Source of the DNA: Trichoplax adhaerens
Lineage: Eukaryota; Animalia; Placozoa
DNA length: 64,000 nt
Direction: 5' to 3'
Assembly (NCBI RefSeq): GCF_000150275.1
Contig: NW_002060955.1
Coordinates: forward strand, 1,532,287-1,596,286
This document shows positions 52,071 through 64,000 of the stretch, piece by piece. The notes beneath the pieces are model-generated. The model was not told the DNA's origin, ran no database searches, and was given only the letters and a program-made list of their open reading frames with translations. Made by a program: the position numbers and the translations under genes. Numbering within the stretch: position 1 is the stretch's first letter; each line of letters starts with the position of its first letter.

Positions 52071-52620
52071 TGTTACGGTGTTGCCTTGTCATTAGGATAG
52101 TTTAATAAGTACAGTAGTAGCTAGTATGGAGAATATCTATATTTGTAGTGCTAGGTAAGATAAGTAATGCCTTAACTTGGATGATGTTTGTAATAGTTCA
52201 TTACATATTTGATATTGATTGTTATTGTGTGATAGATAGCATTAAGATGATTCAAGTTCTAGTTGATGATAGCTGAATTAGACAACCTACGAGCTTACAC
52301 TAAGATTAAGTATGAGTAAGACATTCAAAATATTTACTGATAGAAAAGCTATGTAAGGAACATCTCAGTTCGAGATATTTCTCCTAGTAAGGTATAATAA
52401 TAATACTGTTGTTGTTTGCAAATTAGACGGTTCCTATATAAACGGGAACATTTGAGCTGAGTGGTGTGGTAAAAAGTTGCAGATGTACTGTATCTCAGCT
52501 AATAGAAGTTTCATCTTTACAGTCTTTTGCTATGTGCATTTACGCTAAGGGCGTTTAAGTCAGCAGTTACTTATAGACTTTTACTGTACGTTACCTTTTC
52601 GCAGAAGTGAAAATGTGACA
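52071..52620 (+). mobile_element. Solo LTR family F
   Basis: TGTTAC..GTGACA, TSD GATCC; CCTATATAAA ~52433. Confidence 0.92.
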
Positions 52621-53930
52621 GATCCATTTTGATATTAACTGATGTCCGTATCCGTCTTTGAACTGGAACGTTTGCTAATGAATAACAATTTTACATGTCA
52701 AGGATTTCAATTATCCTTATTTCCAAGAAACACGTAAACAAAAATATATATCCAAATTAGGAGATTATTCATAAAGCTAGTGATATTTACATTAATTTAA
52801 AAATAAGCTGGCTTAGTATTTTTAGCATTAATTAAAACTCAAAGAAATCTTACTAATCAGTTCATAAGTGGTGCTAGATATTATATTATGTTACTTGACA
52901 ATGTACGTGCACGGTCCGTTTCAGGAACGGATCTAAGTCCTTTATTTAAATTCTTAAGGCAATTTTGCTAATGCTATCTTTAAATAAAGTGGTTCAGACT
53001 CGTATGTATAATGTTTATATATAATTGAGGTTATAGAATTCAAAAAATAGATAAGAATAATTTAGTCTATTAGTTGACCCCCAGTTCTTGAATATATAAT
53101 AAAATTAAAATTATTTAAAATTTGGCCCTATAACAGTCATTGATTCCTTCAGCAAGCAATTACATCCTAAAAAATCACAAGAAAGAGTTGATTGTTTACA
53201 ATCTTTTAAATTACGTATCGAATAAGTCTACGCATAACGTAGCATTGAAATAAACTTAATTTTAATCAATCTTCTAGAATATATGTTTTATGAAAGGCTC
53301 ACAAATACGAATTTTAATTCGAAAAAATTTAATTTCACAAAATTTTCATTAAGCGTCTGTCAATGACTCAACGGAAATAGTAATGGCTGCAATACCGATA
53401 ATGATGACATTATTTTTAAATACTTCATTCCATCCTTTTACCCCGAAGATACCATATCTTTAAGCTCTACCCTACTTTTCAGCTACTGGTGGTGAATATA
53501 TATTACAATTTGTATATTTCCACCAGATACAATCCTTATTTGTAGTAAGGTCATAATCATAATTACGCTATATCAGTTGTATTTAGGTATCCACCATGAG
53601 TATTGATGCTCTTCCGGTCGAGAAATTTTCACTCTTACATCTCTCCTTCATTGCGTTCTTGTACTTTATTACAAAATTAAAGCAAATATGCAAATTTAGT
53701 TATACAACACAGCAAATCAATACTATCGGTCATAGGGTTGAGAGCATAGGAAATAGAGCACCTTTTCTTTGTCATATTGTCTTTTTACAACTGGCTACAT
53801 AATTGGGTAATTTTGTTTTGTTTTCTATTAGTATTTATGACATCAACTAGAACCTACGTGACCTCTAATTTCAAATGCAAACGGATTATAGCTTAAGACA
53901 ACTGTACACAGCACAATTATATAATGCAGG

Positions 53931-54372
53931 TGTCACAAACCAGCTTCGTGACAAGGATAACGTAAAACAAATCTCTAAATTACTATAGTCTCCGGGATTC
54001 AGTATCCCTTAACTACCTCACAAGAATTTAGACGCCTTTGCTTCTACGTTAAACTCAATTAGATAATTGAGAACTGCTTTATTCAACTATCTGACGGGCT
54101 TATATGCCCTTCTACAGCAGCTAACATTCACGAGTTATCTTATAAAAATACTTAGGTGAGAACATCTACTAACTAGTTTTTCACAGTCGGACTATAATAT
54201 GTCCATTCACAGAATCATTGCAGTACACATTACAGCACAGCATTAAATTTACTGTAACACATTTATAATTAGAGTAATTCCTATTGTAAGGAACTAGATG
54301 TAATATATTATCACTATATTATATTAACCAAATTTAGATAGCTATTTCTTCACGGTAGTTCGTACCGTGACA
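53931..54372 (-). mobile_element. Solo LTR family A
   Basis: TGTCAC..GTGACA, TSD GCAGG. Confidence 0.95.
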
Positions 54373-55422
54373 GCAGGCTATACCAATTTCAAGTAAAGTC
54401 TGATGCGTTAATTTTATATGTAATAGATAATTATCTTAGAATTTAATATAATTTTCGAGATAAAGACCTTCAGCATGTAAGCAAAATGATAATACCAATC
54501 ACAGCTATTTAGGATATCCTTTTAAATCTGAGCCGACGAATAAGAGTACAAGTCAGCATGATGATATCGTATGTTTCATATTATTGAAAGAAATTTAAGC
54601 AAAATTAACTGAAAAGATCTATACGACTACTTGCAAAAAGTCGAAGTAGTATATAATTGAGTCCTATAATTACTTTTATATTTTGTTATCGTATCATATA
54701 TTATCAGCAGCTGCAATCTAAATACAGTACTAGAAATAGGTATTCTTACATTGTCTCCTTTATTCAATTATATAGAATTGAAAATATCCATTTCATAATT
54801 ATGGCCTTTGTCGACCTTCAGGTTATTGATGTTAAAAATGTAATACCAAGGTAAGTTCATATAGTAATACAAATAAAATTTATGAAAGAAAACTTAACAA
54901 CTGACGGTTATAATTAGAATTTTACGATCATTACATGCAATCGGATAAGATTTAAATCAACATAAAATATCGATATATCAATTTAGATGCACAAAATACG
55001 GTGTTCAAATAAGAGAATTTCACAGTTTTCGATTTCGTATCACTTATGGACTTAGCAGACATTCTAGATTAATTATTAAAAAAGCAACAACAAGTATTCT
55101 ACCAGACCTGTATTTTATTGATAAATTTTTAATTCAATTTTTTATCTTTTATTAAAGTAGAGTAATCAACAATTCCATTCTATAAGGTGGAATTGTTCTG
55201 AAACGTCATTGTTACTGCACAACACTGTCAATCAGCTTTGGCTCTACAATTAATTGAATCCTTTATTAACTACGTTCTTTCAATTAATATGTAGAAAATA
55301 CCAGTGGATAGATTTAGTAGATTAGTATAATAAGTCTATCATCGCGTACTTTTAACAAGCAGTTAGAATCTTCGTTATCAAGACGTTCTAAGCACGTAAA
55401 TCTTTATGACCTTTGGAAATTC

Positions 55423-56448
55423 ATGATGAATAACAGCAATGTAAATCAATCAATGCAACAATTTTACAACACTGTTTATTCTTATGCTGCTATTGGTGCA
55501 ATCCCTATTACAGTTGTTGGGTTAATCGCTAATATCTTTTTATTAATTCTCTTTATAACTGATAAATATTTTCGCAAGGCAACATATGATTTACTATTAA
55601 TTTCAATTTGCTCAGATATCATTGCTAACATCACTTCATTGATTACCTTTATCCAGATCGCTATACATCATCATGATTATCACAGTGGGTCACTAATGTG
55701 TCGCTATTATGTTTATATTTATGCTAGCTCTTACGGCATATCCATTTCGACCTTAACATTACTTGCTATCGATAGATATTATGCTATTATTAGGCCATTA
55801 TCGCCATTTTATCGAATCTATCGACGCCAATTTTTGATCACATGTGAAATAGGAATATGGATATTGTCCTTATTAATCCATATTCCAACATTTTTCTACA
55901 TGTCAGTCCATCGACAAGATACACTTTTGTGCGATTTTCCCGACATAACCAATTCAGTTTCGGCCTATTTGATATCATTTGTATTAATTGACAATATTTT
56001 ACCATCGTCAATTATTAGCATCACTTACGGAAGAATTATTATTCATCAAAATAATTATGTACAACCAGGACAAATGGGACGAAACCAACTCCAAAATGAT
56101 ATTAATAAGCGTCAATTAACTAAAATGTTAGGAACTATCAGCTTCTTCTATGTAATAACTACTATACCGACATCCTTTGTCTTTCTTGGTTCAGCTATTA
56201 CGCAAAAATCGTTACTCAAAATTCGCCAAGATAGTTTAGTAGCTTTTTTATTGATATTTTTCTCTATCTCTGTTACAGCCAGTATTTCAACAATCAATCC
56301 CTTTTTATATCTTGCATTTGATAAAAAACTAAGCAAAAAAGCATTAACAAGATTAGGAGCCATTCGCAATTTTATCTACGAAAAGACCATATCGACCCGG
56401 GCAGTTTTTAATAATTCAGGTCAAACACCAACAGCAGCATCAACTTAA
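55423..56448 (+). CDS. Intronless class A GPCR, array member 5
   Basis: 341 aa; LLAIDRYYAIIRP, HQNNYVQPGQ, TM6 TTIP (family Trp lost), NPFLY. Confidence 0.95.
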   Translation: MMNNSNVNQSMQQFYNTVYSYAAIGAIPITVVGLIANIFLLILFITDKYFRKATYDLLLISICSDIIANITSLITFIQIAIHHHDYHSGSLMCRYYVYIYASSYGISISTLTLLAIDRYYAIIRPLSPFYRIYRRQFLITCEIGIWILSLLIHIPTFFYMSVHRQDTLLCDFPDITNSVSAYLISFVLIDNILPSSIISITYGRIIIHQNNYVQPGQMGRNQLQNDINKRQLTKMLGTISFFYVITTIPTSFVFLGSAITQKSLLKIRQDSLVAFLLIFFSISVTASISTINPFLYLAFDKKLSKKALTRLGAIRNFIYEKTISTRAVFNNSGQTPTAAST

Positions 56449-57399
56449 TTACGTTTTGCTTTTAAAAAGCAATGGCATGAAAAATATATCTACGATCACA
56501 GTTAAAAACTTCAATCTAAAATTTTAACCATTCCTTATAGCATTTCAAACAGTGATGAATTCGTGTTGTGTTCAATTTCGGAATTTATTGTAAAATTATT
56601 CTTTTAGTATGGCTTTATTCCGCCAAAAATATAATGATGAAAAATAGAGTCAACTTTTCGACCTAATCAGACTTTTACAACTTTTTTTACATAACTTTAT
56701 GATTAAAATTAGCCTCAGAATTACAATAAAATTCATGCGTAAAGAAAATTAAACTAATAACTTGGTTTTAACACAACTTCTTTACATTTTTTGTTAGTAA
56801 TTAATAGTATAAGATAAATCTCTAACAAATAGAACATTTACTTTTTGAACAGCATTTTATTTGGAACTACTATATCATTTATAAGGTTATAATAATTAAT
56901 CACGTTTGTAATGTATGTTTTAACCGTAGTAATTCATTCCTTCATTCGTTAGTGTCGCTAACCAATGCATAGGAATGTCGTAATAATAGTGATTGTAATC
57001 AATATCCTTTTAAGAAATAATCAGCAAGCTCATAAATGCTTATTGTAATGATTTATTAAATATTAATACAAAGTGGTTCAAGAATCTTCCTTATTCAGAT
57101 ATTAATCATATAATTTCGAACAAATTGATATGTTAAATTGATCACTGATATAACAAGCCCAACTGGCGATTATACGCAATCGAAAATAAAGCCATGACTA
57201 TAATTCTGGCAAATCAGTATAGATCTCAACAAAAATAATAGTGCACTTAAATCTTAAATCGATTTATTACGTTGCTTAGTACAACCTACTATACAGTACA
57301 ACTGCATCAGTACAGTGAAGATGTGGGCTAGGCAAATAATCGTAAGGTTATACCAGTCAGTTATCAGAATAGATAACAAATTGAAGCAACCATATTAGT

Positions 57400-60200
57400 A
57401 ATGATTGTAGAAGAAGTTATCCATAACTGATAGAATAGAATACATTTTCTATCCAAAGCTAATCTGGAAGAATCATATTAATTTAAGAACAATTTGCATT
57501 AAGGAAAACGAGAATGCTCACTAATCTTCACAGTTGGCCTTAATTTTTTTTTCTTCACCTTGAATTTGATAAATAAATAAATGTTGGCGGTATCCGTGGT
57601 ACCAAAACTCATTTTATGCCAATTGATTAAGATGGTGCTTGCAAAAAATTTACTAACTTCAAATTCACGAATAGTACCGGTAGCGCTTTAGAGAATACCT
57701 CAGAAGCGTGTTTAATACATTGGTGATACAAGTGTGAATGGGTTCCGATATTAATTAATTAACACTAATCCCACCATTTTCGCATGGCAGGTTAAGTGCT
57801 GTACAATTTCATGCCCATTTTGTTATTTGCCTTTATTTAAAAGAACAATTAAAGGTAACTGCGACAATTTGTGACCTACTACATAATTATTATAATCGAT
57901 TTACCAATTTTATCAAACATGCATATGTAGGTGCATGAGAGTGGAAAAAGAAACTGAAGACATTAAAGTTCTAGACATTATTCATATCTTTAGAAGTAGA
58001 TGTTTGAATTTTCCATTCTTTTTGATTTTAATCTACCTACATTGTGAGACTATTATGAGAAAATAGAAATTTGCTGTAAATTACTACTTAACAACAGGAT
58101 TACGTAAATTACCATAGATCAAACGCTTACCAAAAATGGTACTCATTAAAAAAAACAAGGTATTGGAACTGGTTGTTATAAAACTCGAAGTATTTCTACT
58201 ATCTCTAGTAGAATTAAGACATATGGACCGGAAATTATTTTTATAAATTAAATTAATTAGATCATTTTGGCCATATTTTAACGTGATTATTTCCTTTGCC
58301 GATCCTACCGAAGTTGTTGCATTTCTACGTACTTCTGAATCACTCCCATACTATTCTACAATTCCTGTACATGGCTAACTAGCCAAATCACAGCAGCATC
58401 ATCATCAACGTAATTTTATGTTACACATTTTGATAATACCATAAATAACTAAATCCTAAAGTGATGCAACGTACCTGTGATTATTTCTCTAATCCGATGC
58501 TTTACTTACAAAATAAGAAAGTTAATTGAAAATTGTCTATATACGGTACCAAAAGTAAAGTTTATTATAAGCACTGAATTGTTTTCATGTGTCGCAAGGG
58601 TGCTTGTGGCATAGAGAAATTAATGTAAATACATTCCTAGATATGTTATCTTATGGAATCTACGTTACATTAATTGTCATTATCACAAAAATTAGTTAAG
58701 ATAAGAGTAGCGATTGCAATTTAAAGAATATTGAAATATGCAAAACCAGATATCGGAACAGAATTTATTATAACCTCTATAGATGAAATGTACGGGCTCT
58801 TTATTAACAGTCACAAAAATATCAAGAGGCAACTTCGTTTACAACCTTCATATTGCCAAGAGAAGGATTGAGTGTGCAATTTTATCATGGCAATCCTCAC
58901 GAAAGCTTCGTGAAATATTTTATTTAAGAAATCTATACCTTGAAACGTGATGATAGACAATGGCTGCTAAGCATTATCAAAATATTAATTATAGTCCTAT
59001 TTTAATGATAAGGGAACTCATATCGACGTTTAACAATCGTATTACATCAATAACGCTTGCAAGATATACATTATGCTATACAGACAGAATGCAGTCCAAA
59101 CTTTGTACTCTTAAAGCTTTTAAGAAGAAAGGAGGAAAAGTTACTATGCCTTCTACTTCGAATTAAATATGATTCAACAGCAGCAGCGACATAAGTTAGC
59201 AAAATCGTAACACCATTTTGTATTCCTAAAAAGTGGAAGTTAACTTCCCAGGAGAAATTTCAATATTAGCTATATGTCTGTAAATCAAATGCAAATTCTT
59301 CTGGATATTCTTAACGTCAGCATTTGATAGGATTTTTTTAAATAGTAATATTATTCGGTAAATCAGTAAAGGAAAGGTAGCCATAAAAAAAATTAAATAT
59401 CACTCACACCTTTCGTTAAATATTTAGTATTTAATGAACGTGCAGAACAGTAGCGATTGCTATGTTAATTTCGAGGAAATCTATTCAATGCTGCGGAACA
59501 TGAAATACTGGCACAATAGACTTTGGTTTCATTAACCTATGCCACATACATTGTTCAAATGTAAATTATGAACAGTATCGATATTTTATGCAAAGTACCG
59601 GCAGAGATTTAAATTATTCATTACATGTTCAGAAATATGTTTTTCTTTCCGTTTAAGCTATCAAGTCCTGACAGAAATTTACTCCTTATTATTAAATGAA
59701 CGTTATTTATAAGAATGATAGCATAAATAACATAGTTTTTCGCATTTTCAGTATCTTTTCATAGATTGAGCAAGGTAATTCATTATATTGAATAGAAACT
59801 ATTTTTAAATACCGGTAGTTAGAAAGATGATTAAATAAAAAACGCAGAATTAATGAAATTTAAGGCTAGATAATTCGCTATTCATTACCAATAACAGATA
59901 GTATGACAGCCTTAAATTTATAAAAGTTATTTATCGCTTAGGCATACAACGATTGTTAATTTAAATCAAATACTTTTAATGAATGTTAATGAACTATTGC
60001 TATAGGTACAACACAATATCTTAAGTTAAGATGATACTGGAACAAACACACCCAGAATCGCTATTTGACTGTTTATTAAAAAAGTAGATATTACACCAAT
60101 TACTTTCATAGCTGCCAATAGCTGTCGCCTTGATTGGCATTTCATCTATTCTTACTATTTTAGCATTATTTCAATACGTGTAATATGACAGCAGATTTTC
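57400..60200 (+). pseudogene. Decayed LRR-TM-TIR-TIR ghost 5
   Basis: LRR-like YNRFTNFIKHAYVG (57891), KLEVFLLSLVELRHMDRKLF (58181), IRELISTFNNRITSI (ORF 58960); LRRCT-like YVCKSN (59273); TM-like LIGFF*IVILFG (59324); TIR-like NSSDCYVNFEEIYSML (59446); second TIR-like FIA*AYNDC (59930). Confidence 0.5.
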
Positions 60201-61107
60201 TAAAAACATCTTTAACTTACAAAGTCAAAAATTAGAAATGAAATTCTTATCTACTTTCCTTATACGAGTGATTTATACAAGATCATTTTTACAGATTGTT
60301 CTGATGGTAATTAAGGCAACAAATTCCAGAAACATAGAGCCACACCTTAGAAATAGCATTCATTTTAAGATCTCGATGTGATTAGCTAGAAATAATAATC
60401 TTAGCAAACTTTTGCGAATACTTTACTTTTAGCTTGTTTATTCGACTATTTACACTACTACCCGTTGAATCATATAATAAATAGTTATACAGTAAACATA
60501 GCATAATAGCACTTTGTGTCATTAGCATATTAAGAGCTTTTGCTACACAAATTGAGTAACATGATTTTAAATTAAGACATGCAGTAACGGACAACAATCA
60601 TCCTGATGAATCACAATTACGTTCAAAATAGGTAATATTGTATGTATTAATTTATTCTATCGTTCAGTAAGCCTTTAGACCTCAATAATTAATAGACATT
60701 GCTAGCTATTCATAATCATAGTCATCCCAGATATCATAAGAATAGAAAACAATAACCAAAGCTATTATTTCGAGCGCTTGATAAGCAATATCTTCCGTAT
60801 TCGTACAAGTCTAGTCAATAGTTTAATACAGAAGATTGTCCAGATCAGATTATATGTTTTCAGGCATCTTTTTATTTTAATAGATGATTAGTTATTTACA
60901 ACTGTAATTATGGCTAAAGATGAAGTCTATGCTTCAAGTAGCAATTAGAAAAATTTATCTTTCCTCAATACTTTCAGTCTTTATTATTTTCATCTACCTG
61001 GCAATTCACTTGCTTTAAGCATAAAAACTTTACTCTTTAAACAATTCCAGCATCAGTTAGGCTAATAAAAAAATCTAGTTATCAATCTTCATAATTACTA
61101 CAGGAAC

Positions 61108-62142
61108 ATGAATGGTAGTTTCCAACGAAAGGCTATCATCTCAGCAATCTATACTTATGGTTCTATTATTGCCATCGTCTTATTTTCTATCGGACTGATG
61201 GCTAACATCTTCCTACTTTATATATTTACTTTCGAAAAATATTTTCACAAATCAACGTATCAGCTTATGTTAGTATCATGTATCTCCGACATTGTATCGA
61301 TGATATGTTCCCTCCATGCTTATACCCAAGCGGTGCTGAATGTACTTGATTACTATAAAGGAACCATCATATGCAAAGCTGTTATGTACGTGGTAGGAAC
61401 GTCTTATACCTTTCCATTTTGAATTTATGCTTGATTGCTATAGATCGATACTTCACAGTCGTCCGATTACAGGTGAGATGGTATCGTATTCATAAGAAAC
61501 GAATTCTTGTTTTTACTGAACTGATGATATGGACTTTAGCGGCAACAGTTCGTTTTCCTCTCGTTTTTTATGTCGGGGTAAATAAGACAGATAATATCTT
61601 GTCTGATCTTCCTATTATTACGAGCGCGATTTCTGTTTAATTTTTTGTCTTAGTTTTGATATGCTACATTATCCCGTCCACAATTATTGAATTAATATAT
61701 TGGCGAATTATTCTTCATCAGAAATCATACATTCGACCTGGACAAATTACAAATCAGCAACGCAACGGCGCCTACAGCAAGCATATAAACGGAAATTTAT
61801 CAGAATGCTAGCCATTATTGCCGCATGTTATATTTTGGCTACATGGCCTATGTTTGTCACATTGATGAGTAATGGCCAAATGTTACCTGGCCAATGTCGG
61901 CAATGAGATGGACAGTACGACAGTCAGGTATTGGCTGGCCATTGCCGACATTGGTCAGGTAACGTTCGGCCAATTTCGGCTATGAGATTACGGTTATTAA
62001 TCCGCTTTTATATATTAAATTCGACCAAAATATTCGTCGGAAAGTCTTTAAACTCTTTCATTCATTAGGCTTTGCGATCCTTAAAGATCAGCAATCAACA
62101 ACTGTTGTATCAGTATCGAATAGAGAATCTAATCCACTTTAG
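61108..62142 (+). pseudogene. Young GPCR pseudogene
   Basis: ORF pieces 61108, 61371 and 61700 tile one receptor: frameshift near 61410, stop at 61638-61640, second frameshift near 61760-61790. The TM6-TM7 part is replaced by a foldback sequence (61871-61986), then ITVINPLLYIKFD runs to a TAG at 62140-62142. Confidence 0.92.
61873..61972. repeat. GC-rich foldback (33-bp inverted repeat, 30/33 match)
   Basis: TGGCCAAATGTTACCTGGCCAATGTCGGCAATG (61873-61905) pairs with 61940-61972. Confidence 0.9.
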
Positions 62143-64000
62143 TTCAACAGCAATTAATACTGCTATTAATCAGATTCCATACCATAAATCTATTACATAT
62201 TGATTGATAACTGTAGCAGAACTAGGTGAACTTGATAAAACATATTTATTAATTTATAGCTCTGTTCATAGTAATATCTTGAAGGATTTCATTCTATTTG
62301 TAAGGTGAAAAGAATTGCCATTTTTTATACTAGCAGTTCACCCATAGTTTATAATCCTTCTCAATTTGGCAAGCTGCTATTCAAGTTACGCCATTGAAAC
62401 GATTAGCGTGTTTAGAAATTATGATCATAGTATAGAATTCAATTAATCGTACAGTTAGCTATTAAAAGTATGAGTTGCAAGAAAGTCTAACCACGCTATT
62501 CAAATAACGCATCAGGACTTAGGTAATTGGGGCTGTAATCAAAAAAAAATAAGCACTCAATTTCATCCAAACTAGCTAAATAAATCAATAAAATTGCGTT
62601 ACTTTTCCATGATCAGTTGACTAGTAAGAAAATGATGATTAGTGTATTATTTTGTGAAGTAGAAATGGTTTATGGAAGGCAAAGATCTCCTAATTGTATT
62701 TTTAAGCATTCTTTGACGATTACATCAGTAAATAAAACCACTAACTAATAATCATCAATCTATCATCGATAACGCTTTTATTCTAATTATTGTAACAATG
62801 TGGAGAAGATTGTCCACCATCTAATATAAATCTTGATAGTGTTCGCAGATATCAAGTAAAAGCTATCCAATATTTTTCGCAAGAAAGCCATGATTGATTT
62901 CTATAGACTGATTAATCATTTATCGGTTAGAAGTTAATAGTTACTATTAAAGACTACACTGCATTGATCTAATTTCTTAACAAGACCTTGATGAATAATG
63001 TTTAATATACTATTTGCTTCATTGCTATAAGTACTGTTATTAAATGATGGGTAAGACTGTGATTATATATAAATAAAATGACTTTTGCTAGATATCTTCT
63101 AAACAATTCTACTGACTTATATTATTAAATAAATATATTACGAAGGCAAAATTTAAATTTAAAGAGCAAGCCATAAATAATTCAAATTCAGAATAAACGA
63201 TGGAATAAAGTCTTTAAGAGAAAATTCACATTTAACTATGAAGTTTTTTAGGTATACTGTAATTACTTCTAATTCAGCTAATTCTTTAAATTTTACTACA
63301 ACAATTGTAATTTACCGTAACTATTTTTCGTCAATAATTTAACGTAAGAGTTCAAGGTAAAGAGGGTATTGAATGGAAGGGGGATGGTAATTGTTCCACT
63401 TTCAAAGCCAAAGTGTATAAATTGTAATTATAAATTAATCCATTTCGTCATTAAAGTGGAAGTAAAGAGCTTTAATAATGAGAAACAGAAAAAATAAAAT
63501 AAGAGCAAACATTTTTATTTGACCTTTCTTCATTCACAATTTAGCAATTATGTCAAAAATTTTCAGTCGATTGCCTTATCATTAGTTAAATATATTTCTA
63601 TTCTTCCATACGCCTATTTATGAACTGATGCTGACAGGCAACATGATATTGCACGATAGCTATTGGATTTCTCAAACTATTTAATTCTTTTAAACACAAG
63701 AGCTTGTCTGATATAGCCTATTTAAAAGGTTTTTATTGCTTATGATTATAATGGTGCAAAAAAACTGCATACCTTCATGACTTTGTTCAGAAATGATCAA
63801 TACATATAATGCGAATGCTTAGGCTTAAAATTTTAAATGAAATAATAACAAGCTATTGACGTTTATTGCAAGCCAACTAGTCATTTCAAGTTATAGAAAT
63901 ATTTTAATTTCACATTGCATTAGCCGAGACGGTTAGTATAGACAATATTTTATAGGCCACAGTCCGCAGATTTTCTCTAACAGAATAATTATATGCTATC

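Overview
AT-rich (roughly 30% GC by eye) eukaryotic animal DNA. Its intronless GPCR array and composition resemble a placozoan (Trichoplax-like), but that assignment is inference. The window holds a tandem, same-strand array of intronless rhodopsin-class (family A) GPCRs: 5 intact ORFs and 3 pseudogenes in graded decay. About 25 solo LTRs or LTR fragments from about 12 families are scattered through it, most with TG..CA ends and 5-bp target-site duplications (TSDs), several nested. One internal retrotransposon remnant has the unusual integrase-before-RT (Gmr1-like) domain order. The most striking unannotated signal, found by manual multi-frame translation, is at least five heavily decayed + strand loci reading LRR...LRRCT/TM...TIR...TIR. 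These are candidate twin-TIR Toll-like receptor ghosts, most starting about 1 kb downstream of a GPCR, which suggests a duplicated GPCR+TLR module in which the TLR copies died. No rRNA, tRNA or CRISPR array was recognised.
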